From IMG/VR virus record IMGVR_UViG_3300036770_008700, positions 58,896-122,895 of that record: 64,000 bases of DNA; one strand, written 5' to 3'. Positions 49,922 to 58,175 of the stretch are shown piece by piece. The notes under the pieces were generated by a model that worked only from the letters and a program-made list of their open reading frames with translations, ran no database searches and was not told the DNA's origin. This stretch comes from a virus. The position numbers and the translations under genes were made by a program. Each line of letters starts with the position of its first letter. Position 1 is the stretch's first letter.

Positions 49922-50647
49922 TTATTGCTTAGAAATACAGCGATATTCGATAAAAGTATCGGGGTGGGCGCACCCGATCTTAACTCTTTGCTGATTTAAT
50001 AGAACCAAACAAACGTTCTTATCACCGATAATGTCAGTAATCTTACGGAAACCCTTGGAAAGAACACGGGCAGCTAGACCAATTGTATTCTGGTCATAAT
50101 CACCCTCAATCTCTGCCTTGGGCGCAGAAGCAGCAACAGAATCCCAAATAACTGTAACAGGAACATCTGCTTTAAGATTTCTTGCCTTTTCAATCGTACT
50201 TTCAATAACCTTGAAAATGTCTTCAATGCAAGTTTCTTGAATAAAGACAAAACGTTTACGAATGTCGATACCAAGACCTTCAAGGTTTTCAACCGATGTA
50301 GCGTTCTCGGTATCAATATAAACAACGATACCATTCATACGTTGAGTTGATTTAGCAATTTCATATGCGATGTGTGATTTACCAGAGCTAGGTGGTCCTT
50401 GGATTTCTACGATACGTCCTTCTGCTACACCACCATTTCGGCGGTTAGAGATAATGTAGTCGAGTTGTTTTGAACCCGTAGATATCCAGCGTTTAACAGT
50501 TGTTGGAGCTTCATCGGTTCCAAGGTTGAATGCGATTTTATTTCCTGCTTCTTTGTTGATTTGCTTGATTAGTTCAGCAGAAAAGTCTGTGTCTTCATTT
50601 GCTGCTGGTTCATCTAATAAAGGCTTTTTAGTTGATTTGATTGCCAT
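49922..50647 (-). CDS. recA: RecA/UvsX N-extein fused to 16-aa IntN
   Basis: ISTGS, Walker A GPPSSGKS, YIDTE, WDSVAA, NQQRVKIG then CAHPDTFIEYRCISKQ*. Confidence 0.93.
   Translation of the reverse strand: MAIKSTKKPLLDEPAANEDTDFSAELIKQINKEAGNKIAFNLGTDEAPTTVKRWISTGSKQLDYIISNRRNGGVAEGRIVEIQGPPSSGKSHIAYEIAKSTQRMNGIVVYIDTENATSVENLEGLGIDIRKRFVFIQETCIEDIFKVIESTIEKARNLKADVPVTVIWDSVAASAPKAEIEGDYDQNTIGLAARVLSKGFRKITDIIGDKNVCLVLLNQQRVKIGCAHPDTFIEYRCISKQ
49925..49972 (-). other. IntN of split intein (16 aa)
   Basis: Block A-like C1-AHPDTFI then stop. Confidence 0.85.
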
Positions 50648-50674
50648 ATATAGGTTTGCTCTCCTTCTTCAAAC

Positions 50675-50703
50675 AAGGTAACACATAACAAAACATGGGT
50701 AAA
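50675..50703 (-). promoter_or_regulatory. Sigma70-like promoter of recA
   Basis: TTTACC-17-TACCTT with TG; AAGGAG RBS. Confidence 0.55.
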
Positions 50704-50803
50704 TGGAATAAAAGATTTTCTTGAAAAAAATGTTCGGGTGGGGGGGGTATATATATTGTTATTGGGCAAAGTATACAACCCCAGAACAACAGGAGAAAGT
50801 TTT

Positions 50804-51169
50804 ATGAGAATAACAGTAAGACAACTAAAACGTTTGATCAAAGAAGCTATTGAAGACGTTGCAAGCGGTGGATTGCCTCCACTCAGTCCAAGAACAAAAG
50901 CAAGAATTAAAACTTTAGCTAAAAGGTATTATGCACACGTCTCATCATCTGGAGCTGGGGACGTTCTTGATTCGATTGCTCAGGGAGTGCAGAGATTACC
51001 CGGAGGAAAATCATTGTCTGGTACGTTTGCTTATGTTGAAATGGTTATGGACGAAATAAGTAAACTACCCGATGGAGATTTTACTTACAAAGATATGATG
51101 GAAGAATTCCCTAATTGGAAAGAAGAATGGCAACAACAGCTTAAGGATGACGAAAATCTATATGCTTAA
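50804..51169 (+). CDS. Cassette A payload, putative capsid-targeted protein
   Basis: AGGAG RBS; MRITVRQLKRLIKEAIE. Confidence 0.75.
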   Translation: MRITVRQLKRLIKEAIEDVASGGLPPLSPRTKARIKTLAKRYYAHVSSSGAGDVLDSIAQGVQRLPGGKSLSGTFAYVEMVMDEISKLPDGDFTYKDMMEEFPNWKEEWQQQLKDDENLYA

Positions 51170-51191
51170 CATATAGCTCAACAGAAAAAGA

Positions 51192-51227
51192 GAAAACCCT
51201 GGAGGAGATAATCCTGCCAGGGTTTTC
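51192..51227. terminator. Stem-loop, probably bidirectional terminator (copy A)
   Basis: gaaaaccctgg-agga-gataa-tcct-g-ccagggttttc. Confidence 0.8.
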
Positions 51228-51357
51228 CATTTTGAGAAGAGGAGGAGAGATTACAAAGCATGGGTAAATGGAATAAAAGATTTTCTTGAAAAAAATGTTC
51301 GGGGGGGGGGATATATATTGTTATTGGGTAGAACTATAATCCCATACAGGTGTTTAA

Positions 51358-51600
51358 ATGAAGATTACAGTAAAACAACTAAAAGGTTTGATTAAAGAAG
51401 CGATTATGGGTGGACAAGAATCTTATTTCGATGAAGATCAAAAAGAAGAAATAAGAAGACTAGCTGCTGAGTTTGCAGAAAATTACGCAAACTCAGGGAA
51501 AATCGATGACCTAAGAGATTTTGTAGACGCTATCAAAAATATCGAAAAATCTAACTTCGAAGACTTGGCAAGTGCCGGTGATAAAAAGTATCGATTCTAA
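51358..51600 (+). CDS. Cassette B payload, putative capsid-targeted protein
   Basis: AGGTG RBS; MKITVKQLKGLIKEAIM. Confidence 0.75.
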   Translation: MKITVKQLKGLIKEAIMGGQESYFDEDQKEEIRRLAAEFAENYANSGKIDDLRDFVDAIKNIEKSNFEDLASAGDKKYRF

Positions 51601-51623
51601 ATCTTATTAAGCCTAGAAAACAA

Positions 51624-51660
51624 GAAAACCCCGGAGGAAATAAATCCTGCCGGGGTTTTC
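51624..51660. terminator. Stem-loop, probably bidirectional terminator (copy B; also ends ssb)
   Basis: gaaaaccccgg-agga-aataaa-tcct-g-ccggggttttc. Confidence 0.8.
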
Positions 51661-51707
51661 CATTTTGAGAAGAGGAGGAGAGATTACAAAGCTAAGTTAT
51701 TCTAATA

Positions 51708-52553
51708 TCAGAATGAAGCCAAATCAGCGAATGCATCATCAAGTTTATCTGCTACTGGATTAGTTTGCTTTTTACCTGTTCGTGTTTCTGTTACATCGGT
51801 CCCAGATTCACGAGTGGACGCACTAGGAGTTCCACCAGTAAGAGTTGCAACAAACTGCTCCAATACCTCTACAAGTTCTTCTGGAGCTTTACACTGACGC
51901 TTAAACATATCTTCAAGATTAGGTACAGCATCCAACCACTTCTTTGCTTGAGCCTTATCCTTGCTCAATGGAGATGGCTTTTTACGAGCTTGCAAGTTAA
52001 CTTGCTTAACAGGCGATCCCTTGAAAAGACGGGGCTTTCCACCCTCAATAACTTGAGTTACTGAACATGTAAAGTCATATCCAACATCGGGTGAAAGCAT
52101 GTCCTCGTCAATGTTATCCTTGTGGGTTAGAATACCATAAACTTGGTCACGGGTTTCTTTCGAAAACTCCCATACTTGTGGACCCTTATCTTCTTCACCA
52201 CGAACCATGATAACCGCATAAAAGCGTTCCTTGGAACGAAGGTGCTTGGCAATAGTCCACCCATCAGGGTGCTTCTTACTGTTACGAAGTTCTTCAAATT
52301 GATCCTTGATGGGATCAGGCATACCAAATGAATACGGTGCAACAAGACGTTGTGCAGTTAGAGGCTCACTGTAATACGCCACAGTTTGAAATGGCTCATT
52401 GGAAGAATTCTGAATGGGAAGAAAACGAATGTCGTGTTCACCAATAGTAGGCTTCCAATATACTTGCTTTTGGGTTGCTCCCTTGGTTGTTGCTGAGCTT
52501 TTGTCGTTCTTTGAGAGAGCTGCTTTGATTGCGTCGAGGTTGTAGCTTGCCAT
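51708..52553 (-). CDS. Single-stranded DNA-binding protein, T4 gp32-like
   Basis: YWKP..G...IRFLP; GPQVWEF; GYDF; acidic tail LDDAFADL; start MASYNL. Confidence 0.85.
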   Translation of the reverse strand: MASYNLDAIKAALSKNDKSSATTKGATQKQVYWKPTIGEHDIRFLPIQNSSNEPFQTVAYYSEPLTAQRLVAPYSFGMPDPIKDQFEELRNSKKHPDGWTIAKHLRSKERFYAVIMVRGEEDKGPQVWEFSKETRDQVYGILTHKDNIDEDMLSPDVGYDFTCSVTQVIEGGKPRLFKGSPVKQVNLQARKKPSPLSKDKAQAKKWLDAVPNLEDMFKRQCKAPEELVEVLEQFVATLTGGTPSASTRESGTDVTETRTGKKQTNPVADKLDDAFADLASF

Positions 52554-52652
52554 GATATTTGCTCTTTTCTTTCTTAACCACTGTTGTTTGTTTGTGTGAA
52601 ATAACACCTAATAGGGTGGTCTACCTACTAAGTATTATATGAGAGAATAATA

Positions 52653-53261
52653 CTATTGAACAGAAACAGCCTTTTCTTTGCCTTTTCCTTGAACACAAGC
52701 AGCCTTAACAGCCTGTGAAAGAATAACAGAAATCCAAGGTTCACTCTGGGTTGGAAGATCTTCTCTCGCTGCTTTATTCCCAACCACAGACATAGCATAC
52801 CATTCATCAATATCAATCTCAACGTTATTCTTGGAAAGAATAAAAAGACTTAGTTGAGATACTGGAATATGCTGAAAACGTTCAGCAACGTTGTAATAAA
52901 TACCAAGCTTGTCACGATGCCAATCTGATGCGTTATCTACGTAATATTCTTTGTTTTCCGTTCCAACCTTGCCAATGTCGTGAAACAAAGAACAGAGAAT
53001 AACGCTTGAAGTAGCAACAGAATCCGTAAGATTGTATACTTGACGAAGCTTGGCGACGTTCTGCAACACTCGAAGAGAATGCTCCACAAGCCCACCGGGA
53101 TGACAACAAGTGTAATCCCGCTTTGTTGAAGCAGGTGCAAGCATGATCCGTTCTGAATTGTTGTCAACATATGATAGAATCGCTCCTCCCTTAGCACCAA
53201 GCTTCGCTACCTGAGTCTTGAAAAGCTCAAAGTTCTTGATAATGATTTGTTCCTGGTTCAT
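52653..53261 (-). CDS. HD-domain protein (YhaM-like HD)
   Basis: APAS; GGLVEHSLRV; FHDIGK. Confidence 0.8.
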   Translation of the reverse strand: MNQEQIIIKNFELFKTQVAKLGAKGGAILSYVDNNSERIMLAPASTKRDYTCCHPGGLVEHSLRVLQNVAKLRQVYNLTDSVATSSVILCSLFHDIGKVGTENKEYYVDNASDWHRDKLGIYYNVAERFQHIPVSQLSLFILSKNNVEIDIDEWYAMSVVGNKAAREDLPTQSEPWISVILSQAVKAACVQGKGKEKAVSVQ

Positions 53262-54379
53262 CTTGAAAACCCTTTGTCTGAGGACATGTAAAACGTAGTT
53301 GATTCTAAATTCTTAATGTCTACACTCCCCAGCTTACATAAACCATTAATCAAGCTAAAACAATTCTCGTGAATATCCAAAATCAATGCATCGTGAAGAA
53401 TGAATATCGGAACAATATACTCCTGATTATCTAGCTCTTCAACATACTGCAATATATTCAAGAAACCTAACATGGCAACGTCTACCGCTGTGCTCTGAAC
53501 ATAATGATTTACAAGAGTATGAGCTGTTTCTGTTTTAACTCTTCTACCATAAAAATTTGTGATATACCTAAATCCAGTTTCTTTCCATTGCTCATATAGC
53601 TTTGCTCTCAAACCTTCCAAACCAAACCATTCAGATATCTCTCCAACAACAGATTCTAAATCCCTAACGTTGGGTATACGTTGACGTAATGACTCTATTC
53701 CTGCTCCATATAGCTCAGATAACACAATCTTTTTTACCGCATCACGATCTACTTCTGGATTATCTTGGAACAATGAAAGCTTAACAGCATCATATATGTC
53801 TCGTTGTATCTCTTCTCTTGGTTGTGTTCCACTAGTAGACAACAACACTCTTGGTTCCAGTGATTTATAGTCAAGAGATACAATAGCTCCTTTATTCTTC
53901 CAACGGCTTTCTAACACGCTTCTATAAACCTTTGGAAGATGTAGCAACATTGGTCCAGAAACAGTCTTAAAACGTCCTGTAACGTTGCTAACACGGTCAT
54001 ATTCAACTGTTTGAGCATAACCATCTACATTAGGTTTAAACGATTGAATATGTCCTGTTGAATCCAGTTGAGAATATTGGTGGTATATTTCAATGTTAAT
54101 CTTTGCTGGTTGAATATATTCAAACACTTTTTCTGTTGGAACATATACGTTTTCCAGGTAAGACAAATCAAGATTATTGAGTTCTTGCTTGAACCTTTCT
54201 TGATCGTTCTCAATCGCTCTACAAAGCTTTTCTGGTAAGGTTAAATGCCAAGGTACACCAGAGCCTTGCAACCTTGGAGACAAGCCCTTATAAGCCCGTA
54301 TAAAGCGTTCTGGGGCTTGTTGAGGTTGCTTAACAAGGTATAGCTGCGAAACAAGTTTATCAATATAATCCATGACCAT
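53258..54379 (-). CDS. Family A DNA polymerase, polymerase domain only
   Basis: TGR; motif A DYKSLEPR; motif B R..VK...LSELYG; NHYVQSTAVD; motif C LHDAL. Confidence 0.8.
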   Translation of the reverse strand: MVMDYIDKLVSQLYLVKQPQQAPERFIRAYKGLSPRLQGSGVPWHLTLPEKLCRAIENDQERFKQELNNLDLSYLENVYVPTEKVFEYIQPAKINIEIYHQYSQLDSTGHIQSFKPNVDGYAQTVEYDRVSNVTGRFKTVSGPMLLHLPKVYRSVLESRWKNKGAIVSLDYKSLEPRVLLSTSGTQPREEIQRDIYDAVKLSLFQDNPEVDRDAVKKIVLSELYGAGIESLRQRIPNVRDLESVVGEISEWFGLEGLRAKLYEQWKETGFRYITNFYGRRVKTETAHTLVNHYVQSTAVDVAMLGFLNILQYVEELDNQEYIVPIFILHDALILDIHENCFSLINGLCKLGSVDIKNLESTTFYMSSDKGFSR

Positions 54380-54410
54380 ATGTTACCATATGATAAGATT
54401 AAACTATAGA

Positions 54411-57400
54411 TTATGGTTGCCCACTTACTGGTGCTGGTGCTGGCGGCGCTGATTGTTGCGTTCCTCCTGAGCCTCCTGAGCCTGGTCTGACAGTAGCAGA
54501 GCGACGACGATGGCGTCGAGGCGGAGTTTGAGGAGTTGCTGGGCTTTGTTGCGTTCCTGTTGTTGATGTCATTCTAGCAAGTGTTTCCGCAGCATTGTCT
54601 AGTTGAGTTATTAGGTTTCGGTAACGACCAAAAGCATCAACTGCTGTAAACTTAATTGTTGTTTCAAAACTACCAGCTTCAATTTTATGTTGCAACCCCG
54701 TAATGAAATACATGTTGTCAATAGAAGTGTTGGTGTTATAATCAACAAATATTTCTTGTCCGTAACGTAGAATTGGACAACCTAAACTTGTCATGCTTAG
54801 TTCAACTGGGTAAACACTTAAAGGAACACCACCGGCTTGTTGGCCGTTTGGTTGAACAGGTGAAGCGTTAAGAGAACGTTGAATGTTGATTGTGTTCAAT
54901 GCAGGGTCGCTTTGTGAACCAACAGCAGCTGTTTTAATAGCTGTTCCCATAGCACCATAAATGATGTGAGGCATTCCTTTCATAATATACTCTTTAAGTC
55001 TTTGTGGTCCACCAGAGAAACGATAAACTGGTTCACCATTAAGCCCTGTTCCAACTTCGTCAATCAATCTTAGACCTCTTGGACCAACTTCTTGTACTAC
55101 GGTATTATGTAAATTTCTCCAGTTTTGCTGTAAATCACTGATATTTTGGTTTCCACCCTCTTGAGTTCTTGCCAATTGTTCATTTGCTTCTCTTTGTTCA
55201 GTATTGCCTGGATAAGAACTTAAAGTTCCAAGAACATTGTCTGTTGCAAGAGTTAACAGTTCCCGATATGCATTATTAGGAGAACATGCTTTGTCAAAGA
55301 TATGAATCTTGAGAATGGTTTCACTGGCAGCTGACGGATCACTTCTTGTTGCTGGTAATGCTTCAGTTTCAAATGTAACTTGTGGAGGAACAAAATCTGG
55401 GTGTCCACTAATGTTTGCTCGTTCCATATTATATCGCATTTGACTATCAAAATTACGAGTAATGGCTTCTACTTGACCTTCGTTATTGATTCTGTATAAA
55501 GTGTTGATTCCGTAAGCTGGATTCATTACGTCGTCAACAATCTTTGATGTAATAAAGTTTAAAAACTCGTTGACGCTCAAGTTGACTGCTCTGCTTGCAT
55601 TTTCCATACGCATTCTTCCATACTCACGAATAAAGTAACTTACTTGAACTGGAAACTGAGATATGTTGCAGCGACTCATCCAACCTGCTTTGTTGTTGAA
55701 GTTGTAAAAGTACAATTGAACTTCTTTAAATTTTGGTGTACCATCAGAATTTTTTAAAGCAGCCAAAGGTTTAGCAACAAATGCCGTTATTAAGGTACCA
55801 AGAGAAAAAACATTAGTTGGACCTCCTGTAAGATTTTCAAGTGTTAGGCCAGCAGGAAGCGCACTACTTCTATTATTTCCAGTTGAAGGTAGTTGATTGT
55901 CTGTATTTGGATTTTCGGAAGAACCTCGTGCTGGTTCTCTAACTCTACCAATGTATGTTTTTATGTAATTCCAAGCCAGGATTGGTATACCAGCCAAAAA
56001 CACGTCGTTGTAGTAATTGTCTGCGGTTGGACGACTGTTATTGCTAACTTGATTAATTCTATTGAGAATTTGTCTTATTTCTGCATTAAGTGTTTGGGAT
56101 ACACTGGCTAACAATCTATCCTCTCCAGGCCCAGTTGGGTTTCTACCAGTTATTGGACCAATCAACCTGTCGATAGATGTTTGTAGTTCTGTGGATGGTC
56201 CACGAAGTCTTGCATTCTGGGCTCTGTCATTTAATGTAGCTCGCAAATCACGCAAATTTCTTAAAGTTTCTCCAGAAAGAACCAAGTTGTTTGTGGCGTC
56301 ACCAGCAGCACTTAAGCCTTGCAAACCACGAACTTCTCTTCTATGTGTAGAATTTTCAGAGTTACCATTTTGATTTGGGAAAACCACAGCACCCAATCTG
56401 TTAATGGTTTGAGATAGTCTTTCAATTTGCCTTATTTGAGTCTGAATGCGGCCAGAAGCTGCTTCACCAACAATAGAAAGTTCAGTGCTTTCAGCAGTTC
56501 CTCTGCCAATCAAATTCAAAGTTATGTTAACTTGTCCAACTTCGTCAAAGTTAAAGTTGCTTGTAATAATTGTAAAATGCTCAACAGAACGTGTTAGGTT
56601 TAAAAGATCTGCGTATGGATTAACATTCTCTTCTGTATCTGGATGTAACCAACCATATTCCACCTCAAGAAATGTTTCACCAAAACGGTCTGGTTTAACG
56701 AAATCAGCAAACTCTGCCATTCGTGAGCGGTCATGCAAAACTATTTCTAATGTTGCTGTTCGTGTTCCCTGTAAACCATACGCACTTCTAACTTCAACGC
56801 TGAATGATTTAATTGAAGCCAAAGGACGAAAAGGATCAATGATAGGCGCTAAATGGTTTTCTGTTTGTTTTGATCCTTCAACGTTTTGCATTGATTGAGG
56901 CATTCGAAACAACTCAAGACCTGTTACCGTGTATGTATCAAAGTTAACAGCAGATCTACGATTGCCATTCACAGAACCAGTTGGTATTTGATTCGAACGT
57001 GCAAAAGCATAAAGAGAAACGTTTGATGGAGTTGGTTGACCAATATCTCTTGCTCCTTCAACAAACTTTTGTAAAGTAATAGCACTAAGCTTTTGGTCCT
57101 GAATAGTTTGCCTTGTTGAGAAAAACTTAATGTTCAATACAGGGGTTGCTCTTGTAAATTCTAATGTTGGTACGCTGTTAAAAAACACAGTCAACAACTC
57201 AGCATTCTTCTCTCCAGACATTAACAAAGGATGGTCCATACGAAGAGCAACTATCCTATTCTTGAAATCAGCCTGTGACTGTTCTTCGGGTAATACAGGT
57301 ACAGCTCTTGATAAATTTGGAAAATAAACGTTGTTTTCAAGTCTTGCTTGTGGATTACTGCCACCTGGAGTGGATACTGCTTCATTGCAATAATGGATTT

Positions 57401-57839
57401 TCACGCAACGTGCAATGTCGGATATGTTAGCAGGATTTCCATTCGCAAGATTATTAAGTTCACTCATTACTGAACCTACTGAACCAGAAGTCTGTAGAAT
57501 AGGTTTCGTTGAGCTATTGTCCCCATCCATTAATATTTCAAAAACAGGAACCAATCTAGGATCGGATCTTAATCTTGCATCTATTGCTGCTTCACGAACA
57601 TCAGCAGCATTCGTTGCCGTTCGGCTACCAATAATTGATGTGGCGCCTGTCGCTGCTGGTGTTGTTTCTCTTTCTCGAATAACCTGACGCAAAGAAAGAG
57701 CCGTGGCTATGTCGCCAGTAGTAATAAATCCATAATATCTACGAAAATACCTTTTTAACTCACTTAATCGTTGATTTTTTCTTGCACGAAGAGCTGTTGG
57801 ATTTAAAGCTAAATCGTTTTCTGAGTCTAGATATAACAT
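54411..57839 (-). CDS. Large baseplate hub/tail protein (gp27-like position)
   Basis: EYGWLHPD; C-terminal LGCPILRYGQEIFVDYNTNTSIDNMYFITGLQHKIEAGSFETT; TACTTA upstream. Confidence 0.55.
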   Translation of the reverse strand: MLYLDSENDLALNPTALRARKNQRLSELKRYFRRYYGFITTGDIATALSLRQVIRERETTPAATGATSIIGSRTATNAADVREAAIDARLRSDPRLVPVFEILMDGDNSSTKPILQTSGSVGSVMSELNNLANGNPANISDIARCVKIHYCNEAVSTPGGSNPQARLENNVYFPNLSRAVPVLPEEQSQADFKNRIVALRMDHPLLMSGEKNAELLTVFFNSVPTLEFTRATPVLNIKFFSTRQTIQDQKLSAITLQKFVEGARDIGQPTPSNVSLYAFARSNQIPTGSVNGNRRSAVNFDTYTVTGLELFRMPQSMQNVEGSKQTENHLAPIIDPFRPLASIKSFSVEVRSAYGLQGTRTATLEIVLHDRSRMAEFADFVKPDRFGETFLEVEYGWLHPDTEENVNPYADLLNLTRSVEHFTIITSNFNFDEVGQVNITLNLIGRGTAESTELSIVGEAASGRIQTQIRQIERLSQTINRLGAVVFPNQNGNSENSTHRREVRGLQGLSAAGDATNNLVLSGETLRNLRDLRATLNDRAQNARLRGPSTELQTSIDRLIGPITGRNPTGPGEDRLLASVSQTLNAEIRQILNRINQVSNNSRPTADNYYNDVFLAGIPILAWNYIKTYIGRVREPARGSSENPNTDNQLPSTGNNRSSALPAGLTLENLTGGPTNVFSLGTLITAFVAKPLAALKNSDGTPKFKEVQLYFYNFNNKAGWMSRCNISQFPVQVSYFIREYGRMRMENASRAVNLSVNEFLNFITSKIVDDVMNPAYGINTLYRINNEGQVEAITRNFDSQMRYNMERANISGHPDFVPPQVTFETEALPATRSDPSAASETILKIHIFDKACSPNNAYRELLTLATDNVLGTLSSYPGNTEQREANEQLARTQEGGNQNISDLQQNWRNLHNTVVQEVGPRGLRLIDEVGTGLNGEPVYRFSGGPQRLKEYIMKGMPHIIYGAMGTAIKTAAVGSQSDPALNTINIQRSLNASPVQPNGQQAGGVPLSVYPVELSMTSLGCPILRYGQEIFVDYNTNTSIDNMYFITGLQHKIEAGSFETTIKFTAVDAFGRYRNLITQLDNAAETLARMTSTTGTQQSPATPQTPPRRHRRRSATVRPGSGGSGGTQQSAPPAPAPVSGQP

Positions 57840-57873
57840 GTTTTTACCCTAAGTAGGCGAAGGGAGGTTTCTT

Positions 57874-58167
57874 TCAACCTAAGAACTGAAGTGTTTGCTG
57901 TAGGTTTGGAATCACGATTCTTGTGTTTGGGGGCACTTGTAGTGACCAACCAATATTTGATGCGGCGGCTATTAACCAGTAGTATTTACCCTCACCGTAA
58001 TATTGCCCAGCTAACACATCAAGACGTATAATTTCCTTCAAAATTATTACTTCAGAACTTATAAGCCCATTTGCTATAGCACTGCGAATGTTTGCCACAG
58101 TTTCACTTGTGCCATATTGAAAATTAAAATCTAGCTTTGGTGTTAAAAGATATCTACTTGTTGCCAT
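57874..58167 (-). CDS. LysM-like baseplate wedge protein (gp53/tail X-like)
   Basis: RLDVLAGQYYG...YWLIAAASNI...PPNTRIVIP. Confidence 0.8.
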   Translation of the reverse strand: MATSRYLLTPKLDFNFQYGTSETVANIRSAIANGLISSEVIILKEIIRLDVLAGQYYGEGKYYWLIAAASNIGWSLQVPPNTRIVIPNLQQTLQFLG

Positions 58168-58175
58168 GGTTTTAT

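Larger units (their letters stand above)
50694..51692 (+). repeat. Two tandem cassettes (50694-51258, 51259-51692) with near-identical 5' and 3' flanks
   Basis: 5' flank catgggtaaatgg...tgttc(G)n atatatattgttattggg; 3' flank hairpin plus cattttgagaagaggaggagagattacaaagc, each present twice. Confidence 0.93.

Noticed and set aside
50738-50803. GTG-start N-terminal extension through the poly-G tract (frameshift switch)
   Set aside because: AGGAG RBS and the paralogous tag place the start at 50804, so the tract is upstream of the CDS
50694-51692. CRISPR array or IS element
   Set aside because: Two long repeats separated by genes; no spacer periodicity, transposase or terminal inverted repeats
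52653-54379. Z-genome module (DatZ plus DpoZ)
   Set aside because: No PurZ in the window; the HD protein looks YhaM-like and the polymerase lacks the exonuclease domain
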